Shown here one piece after another: positions 26,477 through 41,221 of a DNA stretch of 64,000 nt. The DNA comes from Octopus vulgaris (taxonomy: Eukaryota), in the NCBI GenBank assembly GCA_951406725.2, contig OX597837.1:38564001-38628000 (forward strand), written 5' to 3'. The notes beneath the pieces were generated by a model. That model was not told the DNA's origin. It saw nothing but the letters and a program-made list of their open reading frames with translations, and did not search any database. Every line of letters starts with the position of its first letter. The first letter of the stretch is position 1. Position numbers and translations under genes: made by a program.

Positions 26477-26496
26477 TATATACATACATGACATTA

Positions 26497-26535
<39 letters not shown>

Positions 26536-26634
26536 TTATATACATATATATATATACACAGATGTGTATTATTTTTTTTACAAGAATAATGTTGACAATG
26601 ACTTCGAAGTTTCGGCCTTCTTAGGCTTCATCGG

Positions 26635-27591
26635 TGAAGTTGGAAAGAAAGTCCTGCTTCATTTCAAGACGAGGGACAAACAAAAGCTTTTTGAGTTTTA
26701 ATCGATATATTTGTCCGAGATAATATTTCCCCTCGTTATCAATAACATAATCTCATATACATGGAATAATCGTTAATCCTTCAGGCGTAAAAATTCTCCA
26801 GGTTTCGAACCCAATAAACACTTAATACCATTTTTAGTCGCTTCAGGGTCAATAAACTAAATAATGTTGCAATGATCTGAAAAGATGAGAATCAGTTGGA
26901 ACAAGATCAGAACAGAAAAGAAAATCAGGCAAAACTTTCATATTTAGTGCCATAATGTTTTTCTCAGTGACTGTGGAGGCACATGGCCTAGTGGTTAGAG
27001 CAGCGGACTCGCAGTCGTGGGATCGCGGGTTCGAATCTCAGCCCGGTCGATGTGTGTGTTTATGAGCTAAATGCCTAAACTCTACGCGGCTCCGGCAGAA
27101 GGTAATGGCGAACTTCTGCTGACTCTTTTGCCACAACTTCCTCTCACTCTTTCCTCCTGCATTTTGCAGCTCACCTGCGACGGGCCGGCGTCCCGTTCAG
27201 GTGGGAAACCTATACGCCACGGAAACCGGAAAACCTGCCCTTATGAGCCAGGCATGGCTCGAGAAGGAACAAACAACATTTCTCAATGACTTGAGCAAAA
27301 TGGAATCTTGCGTTATCGTCTAAGAGCAACGACATTTGCTTTTTCTGGACATTTTTGTGCAATGCATCTAACTGTCGGTAATACTTTCTCGTTTTGCTTC
27401 AACATTTAATGGCACAGACGACTGTTATTATTTTTTTTTTAGTCCTGCTTTAAATATGGTTTCTGTATCTTCATTGAATGCTAACCGTTTTCGTTTCTGT
27501 TGGATATGTTTATAGAGAACACACGTTTAATCGCGAGAGATGATTCTACCCAGGAAAGATTCGGTAGCAAGTCTACCCTTCAATGACAAAC
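26635..27591 (-). pseudogene. Decayed DD34D mariner transposase catalytic domain plus 3' TIR, split by a SINE
   Basis: Minus strand ESFLGRIISRD*TCVLY (first D), LLLDDNARFHFAQV (HDNARPH), VLPDFLFCSDLVPTDSHLFRSLQHYL (YSPDLAPSD), VIDNEGKYY (C-terminus); TIR-like T.AAGTTGGAAAGAAAGTCCTGC at 26635-26660. Confidence 0.88.
26973..27278 (+). mobile_element. SINE family B with 13-bp target-site duplication
   Basis: TTTCTCAGTGACT (26960-26972) and TTTCTCAATGACT (27279-27291) flank it. Confidence 0.92.
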
Positions 27592-28014
27592 AAATATATA
27601 TATATATATATACATTTATATACATATACATGTGTATGTGTGTATACATATATACACACTCACGTATGTCTCTCTCTCTCTCTCTTCTTTCCCTCGGTTT
27701 GTTATTGAAGGGTAGACTTGCTACCGAATCTTTCCTGGGTAGAATCATCTCTCGCGATTAAACGTGTGTTCTCAAAACAACATCCAACGGAAACGAAAAC
27801 GGTTAGCATTCAATGAAGATACAGAAACCATATATATATATATATATATCGACTAAAACTCAAAAAACTTTTGTTGCTTTCTCGTCTTGAAATGAGGCAG
27901 GACTTTCTTTCCAACTTAACCGATGAAGGCTAAGAAGGCCGAAACTTCGAAATCACTGTCAACATTATCCTTGTAAAAAAAATAATACACATCTGTGTAT
28001 ATACATGTAAATAA

Positions 28015-28264
<250 letters not shown>

Positions 28265-28343
28265 TGTGCTTGTGTGTCTATCTTTATGCTTCTGTATACA
28301 TTTTCATGTATCCCTGCATTTGTACGTACGTATATGTGTATAT

Positions 28344-28593
28344 GTGGAGGCGCGTGGCTTAGTGGTTTGAGTGTTGAACTCATGATCGTAAGGTTGTGGT
28401 TTCGATTCCTGGACCGGGCGATGCGTTGTGTTCCTGAGCAAAACACTTCATTTCCACGTTGCTCCAGTCCACCCAGGTAGCAAAAAATGAGTAATTCTTC
28501 GACGGACCGATGTCCCGTCCAGGTGGGGAATTTCTACGCCATTGAAACCGGGAAACCAGCCCTTATGAGCCTGGCATGGCTCGAGAAGGAACA
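28344..28593 (+). mobile_element. tRNA-derived SINE with CORE-like body and family-B tail
   Basis: GTGGAGGCGCGTGGCTTAGTGG...GGTTTCGATTCC...CCTGAGCAAAACACTT...; tail GGCATGGCTCGAGAAGGAAC shared with the 26973 copy. Confidence 0.85.
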
Positions 28594-28637
28594 TTTATAT
28601 GTGTATACAAATATGCACGTATTTGGGTACATGGATA

Positions 28638-28696
<59 letters not shown>

Positions 28697-28999
28697 TGGG
28701 TGGCGGAAACCCATTGTCGATACTTGAGGTTATATCCGAAAGAGATTAAACTGAGAATGAAGGCTACGTAGACTTTCTTTAAATACTTTCTCTGGTTGAT
28801 TAGGGGCTTTTATGATCAAAATGCGGTTTGAATTGAACTATTTTGCTAATTCCCGTGCATATTTGCTTTGGATATTCCTCATCTGCAATTTTCAGGAACC
28901 TATCGGTCGTTCCTCATCGAGAGTAATCTGCAAGAGAAAAATATCCCGAACGAAACTGGACAAACCTATCGTCAGCATGACTGCAGACTTTAATTGAAA

Positions 29000-29592
29000 T
29001 GACTACTCAAAATAGTATTTTTCCTGAAACCCGAGTGACTTTTTGGTCAGATGAAAGCAGTTTTCGTGCAAACATTCAGACACGCGTCTCCTACCCAAAT
29101 CTTCAGTGATGATGGACTGAACTGAACCGTAACTAATCTGTACATCCTTTGATAACTCACGGATGGTGATTCGACGATTTCCCTTCACAGCTGCATACAC
29201 ATCTGCAATGTTTTTCTAAGTTCTTTTGTTGGCGGGTCTCCCAGAGCGTTCATCAATATCGACATTTTTTCGGCCATCGTGGAAACGTCTGAACCCCACG
29301 TACACTTGTGTGCGGCTCATACACTCCTCTCCATACACTTTCTGCACTTTGCGCAGGCCTCTGAACGGGTATCGTTTTGACAACTTTCTCTGTGATGGTC
29401 AATGCGACTACCACACGCTACACCCGTTCCTTCCAAGCACTGCTACAAACAGAGGAAGTGATCTAGAACGTTAAAACTTAGTGTGCATGTACAGCAGAGG
29501 TTAAGGTCAATCTTTATCAAGTGGCTTGACTCTGCCTGCTTTAGCTTCGTTACTATGGCAACACTCCGGACACTTATTGACTAGACCTCGTA
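29000..29592 (-). pseudogene. Mariner transposase N-terminal (HTH) fragment with 5' TIR
   Basis: KVYGEECMSRTQVYVGFRRFHDGRKNVDIDERSGRP...VKGNRRITIRELSKDVQISYGSVQSIITEDLGRRRVS; TIR TACGAGGTCTAGTCAATAAGTGTCCGGAGT at 29563-29592. Confidence 0.88.
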
Positions 29593-30313
29593 TGTACCTT
29601 GTTTTGAAACATTTGCCATAACTTTGTCATTTGGTATTGTCGACATTATTGAGTTAGCAGAATCTTTATTACCTAAGGTGGGCGGTAGGAGTATTCATCT
29701 GCATACCGAGTAACACCTTTTTCACTTTCCCTAAAGATAGATTTAATGATATAAATAAAAAATTTGCTTTCGTAAAAAATTATTTTGATGGTTTGTTTAT
29801 GATTTAACTCCCAGAACATTTACTAAGTTTCTTCAAATTCATGCCTTTATATGATTTGTAAGATCTCTCGGTCATTTCGACGAATAAGTCAATTCAAACT
29901 TTGTTCCATTTGTTACAATCTTATCAACAAAATAGTGAGTTCCTAGTTCGCCAATCGCTGCGCCATCCTAACCTCCCATGTTCAATTCGAAAAGCTATTT
30001 GCTGAAGTTATCAAATGCAAAAAAGATTTCTCGAATGCATTACTGTACACATCTGAGATTAAATGATGGCGATGAAGCATTCTTCAAAGTACAAAGCATT
30101 TATTAGAAAGTTCATTTTCTTATGATCCTGCAGAAATCTAAATTGTCAAATTGTACAAGTTAAAATGTCTGCGTATGTTTTTTTTTAGGCCAATGAAAAT
30201 CCATCATCCCATTGGCTGCGTTTCCGTAATCCAATTTTGGGAGCCACCATGTCGATATGTACATACTACACACAGACACAGACACACTCAAATATACTCA
30301 CAGGTATTCACAA

Positions 30314-30379
<66 letters not shown>

Positions 30380-30450
30380 CTATATCTATATATATATACA
30401 TATATATATAACACATATATATATAGATAGATAGAGAGAGAGAGAGAAAG

Positions 30451-30541
<91 letters not shown>

Positions 30542-30699
30542 GATAGACAGGTACTATAAAATGGAGGAGGGATTACGTGATCACAAATGCATGGATGTTA
30601 CACAGAGAGTACTTAGGTGACTGTATTCGTTTATTTGTTATATGTACGAGTATGTAAATTAAAGTGTAAGGCAACCATGATGTATACACACAAATACAT

Positions 30700-30822
<123 letters not shown>

Positions 30823-30891
30823 TATACATTTATACATATATATATACATATGTATATATATATATATATATATACATCTATACATATATAC

Positions 30892-30947
<56 letters not shown>

Positions 30948-30993
30948 TTATACCCACACAAACATATACATATATACATATATATATATGTGT

Positions 30994-31037
<44 letters not shown>

Positions 31038-31110
31038 TACATATATATACATATTTATACCCATACAAACATATACATATATACATACATATATATTTAT
31101 ACCCACACAA

Positions 31111-31169
<59 letters not shown>

Positions 31170-31214
31170 CATATATACATATATATACATATTTATACAC
31201 ACACAAACATATAC

Positions 31215-31259
<45 letters not shown>

Positions 31260-31362
31260 TGTGTGTGTATGTGTGTGTGTGTGCTTCTGTGCCTGTATCT
31301 ACTATGTTTAATGTATACTTACTTACGTGTATCCCTACATTCGTACGTACGTATATAGGTGC

Positions 31363-31394
<32 letters not shown>

Positions 31395-31605
31395 GCAGGT
31401 ATAAGGTACATGTGTGTGTGTGTGTGTGTGTGTGTTCGTGTGTGATAAAAACCCATCGTCGATACTTGAGGCTATATCCGAAAGAGATACATTATTCACG
31501 GCGTGACACGTTCTCGAATTGTTCCCTTAACACGTTCTCATCACTGGTGAAACGCACACGTCACCACAGCACACCCACATACAACACACGCACACACGCT
31601 CATAA

Positions 31606-31668
<63 letters not shown>

Positions 31669-31965
31669 CGTGTATACATTCTATAATGCGTTTACATGGC
31701 TATCTTCTACGTTATTGTCTTCTTTCATCTGCATAAGATATATATACATATATATATATATACATAATATATATACATAATATATATACATATATATATA
31801 TACATAATATATATACATATATATATATACATAATATATATACATATATATATAAACATAATATATATACATATTTATATATTTATATATACATAATATA
31901 TATACATATATACATTATATATATAATATATATATATGTGTGTATATAATATATATATATACATA

Positions 31966-32054
<89 letters not shown>

Positions 32055-32164
32055 CATAATATATATACATATTTATATATACATATATATATACATATTT
32101 ATATATGGAATATATATATGTGTGTGTATATATATATTTATGCATATAATATATATATACGTAT

Positions 32165-32224
<60 letters not shown>

Positions 32225-32230
32225 TAATAC

Positions 32231-32281
<51 letters not shown>

Positions 32282-32506
32282 GCATTATACCTATGTTATC
32301 AATTCATCTTTTCCTATCTCGCCACCTATTTATCTATCTCTCTCCATCACTATCATTTTATGTATATACGTGTGTGCGAATGTGTATGCATGTATATGAT
32401 ATATATACAAATTTATCTATTCATTATCTCTCTTTATCTAATCTATCTATCCATCCATCCATCCATCCATCTATCTATCTGTCTGTCTATCTATCTATCT
32501 ATCTTT

Positions 32507-32614
<108 letters not shown>

Positions 32615-32814
32615 CCTATCTATATATATATATATATATATGTCTGTCTATCTAGCTATCTATCTATATATCCTTCAGTCTGTCTGTTTGTGTGTATGTA
32701 TGTATGCCACTCTTTTCATGCATTTCTCTGTACCTCTCTCTGTAAACATGTGTGTGCGCGTGTGTGTGTGTGTTTGTGTATTGTTATTCATATAAGTATA
32801 AAGATAAGATAGAT

Positions 32815-32904
<90 letters not shown>

Positions 32905-33275
32905 TGTGAGCATCTGAGCTTTCCGTTATCTCTTTCGCTCTATATATTTCTTATTCTTCTTATAATCAAACACACACACAGACACACACACACACATACA
33001 CACACACACACACACACATACACACACACATACACATCGTTCTATGTGTACCTATATATTATCTATTCTGTCTTTCTCTCCATGTTTCTGTCCAAAGTTC
33101 GCACACACAGACACACAGACTGACATTGGTCTAAGAACAATTAAGCCTTCATATCGTTTGCTGCATACATTAACCGTGTAATTCATGCGTGTGTATTGCA
33201 TGTCTACACCCGCTCGCCAGCGCACAAAACACACAGACACACTCAAATACACATATAGACACACACACACACATA

Positions 33276-33405
<130 letters not shown>

Positions 33406-33489
33406 TTCATATATATGTATATCCATATATATATATGTATATATTTATATATGTGTGTGTGCGTTTATATATATATGCATGTGTGTGTT

Positions 33490-33527
<38 letters not shown>

Positions 33528-33654
33528 TATCGAATATGTTAATGAACAGAGAGAGAGAGAGAGAGAGGAGAGATACATATCCGCAAACATGACACATTTT
33601 AACATGCATAAATGATGTGTACATATATGATGCATGTATTGTATACACACATGC

Positions 33655-33717
<63 letters not shown>

Positions 33718-33953
33718 TGTATATGTGTATGTATGTATGTATGTATGTATGTATGTATATATATTGTGTGTGTATTTATATGTATGTATGTTTGTATGTA
33801 TATATGTATATTTGTTTGAATGTCTGTGTCTTTGTATGTATGTATGTATGTATGTATGTATGTATGTATGTATGTATGCAAGGATAGATACACATACAAA
33901 CAGTAAGAGTGTAAAGGAGAGAGAGATAATTCAACACACAGGTAGGTAGACAC

Positions 33954-33992
<39 letters not shown>

Positions 33993-34057
33993 TGGATAGA
34001 TAGATAGAGAGAGAGAGATACAACAAAAGATAGCTTGATAGATATACAGATATACAA

Positions 34058-34139
<82 letters not shown>

Positions 34140-35153
34140 TTGCGTTGTACAAACAATATATATATTAGTGTAAAACTTCTCAATTTGCTATTTCTTAGGG
34201 CGATTGTCGCTGATGTTTCTGGCTATATTCTTCGTCAGGACCGTGAAACTATTTTCCACGCTTTTGATTCATAATAGTGCGGAAATGAGTACGTTTACGT
34301 GCGTGCGTGTTTGTGTATATAGATGCTTGTTTCTTCGTTTCTTTGCATGAGTGTAGATCTGTATATTTCTGTGGTGGTGAGAAGTAGGGTGTGGGCTGGC
34401 ATTCGAATGTTTATCTTGGTTGGTCACGTGGCCGCTGTTACTACGTGCTGTGTTTCCCAAGTGCTTTTTCCAATAGTATCGTGTTGACCTGAGTTTAATA
34501 AATGAAAATGGATTATAACGGAAACTGGACAGAGGCTCATCGAATGGACTTTACTTTTTGCCTTTTATTTGTTTGGGTCCTAAGAATGAGGCCATGCTGT
34601 GACAACCTCTTCAAGGTTTTAGTCAAAGTCTACCCCAGCATTTAATTTTGTAGTTTGGTACTTATTCTATCGAACCACTAAGTTGTAGTGCGTAAACAAA
34701 ACAACAGGATGTTGGAGGATGTCAACAGATACTATCACACACATACACACGTACTAGATAACGCCACACACAAACAAACACACACACACAAAATCACACA
34801 AAAAACACGCAAACCGCACATAAACACACACAAACATACGCACACACAAACACACACACAAATACACAAACACACACACGACATACACATACACACCACA
34901 CACAAACACACACACTCCAAAAACACAGACTACACAAACACACACGCATACGCACACACACCACATACAACCACATACACGCGCGCAAACACACAAATAT
35001 ACATATACGGACACACACTACACAAACACACACAAATACACAAACACACACATACATGCAGACACATCACAGACAAGTACACCCCCCCCCACAAACACAC
35101 ACAAATACACGCAGAAAAACACACACAAATACATACAAACACATACACATACA

Positions 35154-35194
<41 letters not shown>

Positions 35195-35491
35195 GACGTG
35201 TTTATCACAGTCTTCGTATACCAAATATATTCATAAGTCATTAGTCGCCTATTGCCCAAGGTACCATCCTGTGGGATTGAACCCGAAGCGACACCGGTTT
35301 CAATTCAAGCTTCTTAACTATTCATTCTCTCTACTCAGTCTGTCACTGATCCTATCCCGTCGTGGTCCTGCATCGTAGGCTTTTTGCAGCGAGTTGATGA
35401 CACCACAACGAGTGTCTTCTGCTTTAAGCACAAATTCTCCCGGCGGATAAAGCTATGGTGTTACTTTGCTCTGACCTTCTCATAGTGCTTT

Positions 35492-35537
<46 letters not shown>

Positions 35538-35799
35538 AGGGTAGTTTCTCATTGCCTCCCTGTTGGCCCACGGGGGGGGGGCTCATCTGCCTTTCAACAG
35601 ATCTTATTTTTACTCCTGCTGGGTATCCAGACACCCGCCTCACAAGAAGTTACAAGTTAAAGAGGGTAGAGCCTGTTCAGTCTCCGCCCACCTGACCATA
35701 AAACCGGTAGTACCCGTTTTCATGCTACCAGTACTAGGTCTCATCAGCCTGTGATGAGACCACTCACCTGACTAGTGATTCTATGTACGATGTGTCTGT

Positions 35800-36062
35800 G
35801 GCACACTGGCATACTCTAGCACATTCTGGCACATTCTGGCTCATTCTAGCATATTCTGGCATACTCTAGCACATTCTGGCATACTCTAGCACATTCTGGC
35901 AAATTATGCATACTCTGGCACACTCTGGCATATTCTGGCACACTATGTGGTACTCTATCACATTCTGGAGCATTCTAGCACACTCTGACACACTCTGGCA
36001 CACTCTGGTATACTCTGGCACACACATTCTGACACATTCTGGCACATTCTGGTACATTCTGC
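35800..36062. repeat. 11-bp minisatellite (GCACATTCTGG-like)
   Basis: About 23 degenerate units read directly. Confidence 0.9.
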
Positions 36063-36172
36063 CGTGTACCTACTTATTCGATGATTTTATATCGGTGGCG
36101 AGGCGACAAGCAGTGTCTTAAACCCCAAACAGCGTTTGAGAGCTGAAAAATAATTGCAATTTTTAAGAAAAT

Positions 36173-36373
36173 TGGTTTCAAATTTTGGCACAAGGCCAGT
36201 ATACTACATCGACACCAGCTCTCAGTTGGTACTTATTTTATCGACCCCGAAAGGATCAAAAGCAAAATCGTGTTGGCGGGGATGGTGAAGAATTTGAATT
36301 CAGAACGTAAAGACGAACAAAATGCCTCTAAGCATTTTCTTCGGCATGCTAAAAATTCTGCCAATTCGCCGCC
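36173..36373 (-). mobile_element. Nin-domain SINE with alternative tail
   Basis: Head GGCGGCGAATTGGCAGAA and CCTTTCGGGGTCGATAAAATAAGTACC as in the 50520 copy; tail CTGGCCTTGTGCCAAAATTTGAAACC differs. Confidence 0.8.
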
Positions 36374-36604
36374 ATAGTTTTTTAATAAAATTTAAAATGC
36401 TTTATACTTTTTGACATTATAAGAAATTTATAAGCTTTCGAGAGAATGTAAAACAATTCTTTTTTGGAACAGTGGATCTCTAAGCACATAAAGCTATAAA
36501 TAATAACATGTAAATATTAGGCTGAAAAAAACTCTTTTTAACCGAAAAAGTAGAAAGGAAATGTCACGAAGAGACGTTGATTTGCATCCAAAAGAGTTTT
36601 CAAT

Positions 36605-36703
<99 letters not shown>

Positions 36704-36866
36704 TATATGCATATATATATATATATGTATATATGTATACATATAATCTATATATATATAACATCATATATATATATATATATATGACCATATATTTATT
36801 TACATATATATATATATATATATATATATGCATATATATTTATATATATACATATATATATATTAT

Positions 36867-36909
<43 letters not shown>

Positions 36910-36930
36910 TATATATTTACATATATATAC

Positions 36931-36994
<64 letters not shown>

Positions 36995-36997
36995 ATA

Positions 36998-37045
<48 letters not shown>

Positions 37046-37074
37046 GTTGTGTGTGTGTGTGTATGTGTGAATGT

Positions 37075-37271
37075 GTATGTGTGTTTGTCTCTACAACATC
37101 GCTTGGCAATCGATATTAATGTGCTTACGTCCTCGTAACTTAGCGGTTCGGCAAAAGAAAGCGATAGAATAAGTACTAGGCTTACAATGAATAAGTCCTA
37201 GAGTCGATTCCTTCGATTAAAGACCGTGATCCAGCATGGCCGCAGTCAAATGACTGAAACAAGTAAAAGAA
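37075..37271 (+). mobile_element. SINE family A 3' half
   Basis: Collinear with 39860-40060. Confidence 0.88.
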
Positions 37272-37294
37272 TATACACACACATACATACTGAA

Positions 37295-38210
37295 ACGCAT
37301 GTGTGCGTGTGTGTGCGTGAGTGTATGCGCGTGCATGTGTGTGTGTGCGTGTGTGTGTGCGCGCGCGTGTGTATGTGTATGCGTGTGTGTGTGTATGTGT
37401 GTGTATGTGTATGCGCGTGCATGTGTGTGTGTGCGTGTGTGTGTGTGTGCGCGCGCGTGTGTATGTGTATGCGTGTGTATGTGTGTGTGTGCGTGTGTGT
37501 GTGCGCGCGCGTGTGTATGTGTATGCGTGTGTGTGTGTGCGCGTGTGTATGTGTATGCGCGTGCATGTGTGTGTGTGCGTGTGTGTGTGCGCGCGCGTGT
37601 GTATGTGTATGCGTGTGTGTGTGCGCGCGCGTGTGTATGTGTATGCGTGTGTGTGTGTGCGCGTGTGTATGTGTATGCGTGTGTATGTGTGTGTGTGCGT
37701 GTGTGTGCGCGCGCGTGTGTATGTGTATGCGTGTGTGTGTGTGCGCGTGTGTATGTGTATGCGCGTGCATGTGTGTGTGTGCGTGTGTGTGTGCGCGCGC
37801 GTGTGTATGTGTATGCGTGTGTGTGTGTGCGCGTGTGTATGTGTATGCGCGTGCATGTGTGTGTGTGCGTGTGTGTGTGTGTGCGCGCGCGTGTGTATGT
37901 GTATGCGTGTGTATGTGTGTGTGCGTGTGTGTGTGCGCGCGCGTGTGTATGTGTATGCGTGTGTGTGTGTGCGCGTGTGTATGTGTATGCGCGTGCATGT
38001 GTGTGTATGCGTGTGTGTGTGTGCGCGTGTGTATGTGTATGCGTGTGTGTGTGTGCGCGTGTGTATGTGTATGCGCGTGCATGTGTGTGTGTGCGTGTGT
38101 GTGTGCGCGCGCGTGTGTATGTGTATGCGTGTGTATGTGTATGCGTGTGAATGTGTATGCGTGTGCATGTGTGTGTGCGTGTGCGTGTGTGCGTGTGTGT
38201 GTGTGTGCAG
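37295..38210. repeat. About 0.9-kb alternating purine-pyrimidine minisatellite (TG/CG/TA) with higher-order units
   Basis: Recurring GCGCGCGCGTGTGTATGTGTATGCGTGTGT and GCGCGTGCATGTGTG blocks. Confidence 0.92.
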
Positions 38211-38669
38211 GCGAGTGTGTGTCGGCGTATGAGAGTGTTGGTATGATGTGGAAAACTCGTTCGGTCGCCGAGCAAGCACGAGACGTGAATAAAGACTCAA
38301 GGAACAGACAGAGAGAGAGAGGGAGAGAGGGAGAGGGAGAGAGAGAGAGGGAGAGTGGGGGAGGTGGGGGAGAGGGAGAGAAATGGGGGAGTGAGGTGGG
38401 GAGGGTGAGAAGAGTGCGAGCAAGAAATGGAGGGATAGGAGTATGTAATGAATGGAGAGCAGAAATGGAGAGTCACGAGGCGCAGTTTGTTGTTCATGTT
38501 GTTGTTGCAGAGGCGGCGATGGTGGTGTTACTGGTGGTGGTGATGAGATTCAGAAAGAGGTGGGGTGATACTCTGAGTAGTGGGAGGAGGGGGTTAAGTG
38601 GAGCAAAGCAGATGAGTTAGAGTTTGAATGTGAGTGGAGTTTGTGAGAAGCTGAGTGAGGAATGAAATG

Positions 38670-39010
38670 AGTGAAGAAGGAGGAGGAGGAGGAGGAGGAG
38701 GGGAGGAGAAGAAGAAGAAAAAGAAGAAGAAGAAGAAGAAGAAGATGAAGAAAAGGAAGAAGGAGAAGAAGAAGAAGAAGAAGAAGAAGAAGAAGGAGAA
38801 GGAAAAGGAGAAGAAGAAGAAGAAGAAGAAGAAGGAGAGGAAGAAGAAGAAGAAGAAGAAGAAGAAGAAGAAGGAAAAGGAGAAGAGGATGAAGATGAAG
38901 AAGAGGGTAGGTAAGAGGAGAGCAGTCGTGAGGATAATGGTGATGATGATGATGATGATGATGACGATGACGATGATGATGATGATGATGATGACGATGA
39001 TGATGATGTA
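38670..39010. repeat. (GAG)n/(GAA)n/(GAT)n tract
   Basis: Read directly. Confidence 0.95.
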
Positions 39011-39585
39011 TTTTTAGAGTTATGAAAGGACATTTGCAATGGTAGAAAATACGAATAGGTATCATGAAAAGAAAAGAAGAACAGAAAAGAACGAATGAAG
39101 GAAAAAGAAGGAAGGAAAGGAAGGAAGGAAGGAAGGAAAGACAAAATCTAAAGGAATGAAAGAAGAAAAAGGAAATCAGGAATGAAATATGAAGGAATTT
39201 GTGAGTGTGTTCGTGATGTGTGGTTGTGTGTATGTATGTATGTATGTGTGTGTGTATTATATGTGTGTGTGTGTGTATGTATGTGTGTATGTATGTATGT
39301 GTGTATGTATGTATGTGTGTATGTATGTATTGTGTATGTATGTGTGTATGTATGTATGTATGTATGTATGTATGTATGAATGTATGCATGTGTGTATGTA
39401 TGTGTATGTGTGTATATATGTGTGTATATGTATGCATGTATGTGTGTACATGTACATGCGTGTATGCGTGGTGTGTGTCCGCGCGCACGCGCAATCAGTG
39501 TGTATATCATTGTAATGTAGTGTGTAAATGTCGATAAGGTAGATGTAGGGTTTCGATACAAACAGAACATACATATTTATACATG

Positions 39586-39764
39586 GGCGCAGGAGTGGCT
39601 GTGTGGTAAGGAGCTTGCTTACGAACCACATGGTTCCGGGTTCATTCCCACTCCGTGGCACCTTCGGGAAGTGTCTTCTACTATAGCCTCGGGCCGACCA
39701 AAGCCTTGTGAGTGGATTTGGTAGACGGAAACTGAAAGAAGCCCTTCGTATATATGTATATATG

Positions 39765-39805
<41 letters not shown>

Positions 39806-40066
39806 TCACACACACACATGCATATATATATATATGTGTGTGTGTGTGTGTTTGTGTGTCTGTGTTTGTCCCCCCACCCCAACATCGCTTGACAACCGAT
39901 GCTGGTGTGTTTACGTCCCCGTCACTTAGTGGTTCGGCAAAAGACACAGATAGAATAAGTACTAGGCTTACAAAGAATAAGTCCTGGAGTCGATTTGCTC
40001 GACTAAAGGCGGTGCTCCAGCATGGCCGCAGTCAAATGACTGAAACAAGTAAAAGAGTAAAACAGT
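39586..40066 (+). mobile_element. SINE family A, full length, with internal (TA)n/(TG)n microsatellite
   Basis: tRNA-like head, CORE-like CCTT.GGGAAGTGTCTT, internal microsatellite 39749-39850, tail ...GACTGAAACAAGTAAAAGAGTAAAA. Confidence 0.93.
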
Positions 40067-40994
40067 ATATATATATATACACACACACATACACACATGC
40101 ATACATATATATATATGCAGACAAACACATACACACACACACACATTGCGTGTGTGCGTTAACCAGGAGACAAAGCAAGGAGTAAATGAAAGAGACAGGA
40201 AAAGGAAAGGGAGAGAGTAAGAAAGTGGGCGAGAAAAGAGAGGGAAAGATAGAGAGGACGAGTGAGAGAGAGAGAGAAAGAGAGCGAGAGCAAAAGGGAC
40301 ATAGTGTAAGGAAGGGAGAGCGAGAGAAAGAGACGCGGCGATTTTGGCTGGCTGAACACTGCAGGTGGTCCCTCCCAGTTGTTACTGACAGCAGGGGGTG
40401 TCTACTGAAGGAGAGGAGGAGGAGGAGGAGAATGTATAGGAAGGAAAGGGGGATAAGGGAGGAGGAGAAGGAATGGGAGAGATAAAATGATTGACAGACA
40501 GAGAAAATGAGGGAGAGACAGAGTAGGGGAACAGGTAGAGAGAGAGAGAAAGAGAGAGAGGATATGATTGACATACATATACAGAGAAAGGGAGAGGCAA
40601 TCGGAGTAAAGGGAGGGAAAAACGAAGGGAGAGGAGACAACATGACAGGGTAAGAGGAGTAGTGGAAGAAGGAAGGAAGGGAGATGTTGTAGGATGAGGT
40701 GGTAGAAAGGGGGAAAGGGTGTTTGAATGTGAGAGAGAAAAGGAGGAGTAGGCAGTGGATGGGGAGGAGAAAGAGAGATAGATATATAGTGATGAAAGGT
40801 GAATGTAAAGGATTAGAGAGAATAAAAGAAAAGAGAGGGGGAATATAAAGATAGATACACAGAGAGAGAGGGAGAGAAGTAAAATAGAGAGGGTGAGTGA
40901 GGTAACATTGTAGGAATGTAATAGATAGAAATAGATAGACAGATAGGGAGAGAGAGAAAGAGAGAAAAACTGACAGATATACAGAGAGATAGAG

Positions 40995-41053
<59 letters not shown>

Positions 41054-41124
41054 GAGAGAGAGGTAGATAGATAGATAGATAGATATATATATAGAGAGAG
41101 AGGGGGAGATAGATAAATAGATAA

Positions 41125-41221
<97 letters not shown>

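Larger units (their letters stand above)
26553..28002. mobile_element. 1.45-kb composite inverted repeat: hammerhead arms enclosing a fold-back mariner
   Basis: 26553-26710 pairs with 27843-28002 and 27454-27591 pairs with 27697-27833; outer arms carry CCGATGA-AG(C/G)CTAAGAAGGCC-GAAACTTCGAA(G/A)TC (26600-26634 minus, 27920-27954 plus). Confidence 0.88.

Noticed and set aside
27527-27761. Mirror ORF pair MILPRKDSVASLPF on both strands
   Set aside because: By-product of the inverted duplication of a mariner fragment (antisense frame)
29600-30250. Possible DNA-transposon remnant
   Set aside because: No catalytic motif or convincing TIR pair recognised by eye
35768-35787. GACTAGTGATT resembling part of miR-7
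   Set aside because: Seed region absent and no precursor hairpin
40389-40402. CTCF-like motif CAGCAGGGGGTGTC
   Set aside because: Single imperfect match with no supporting context
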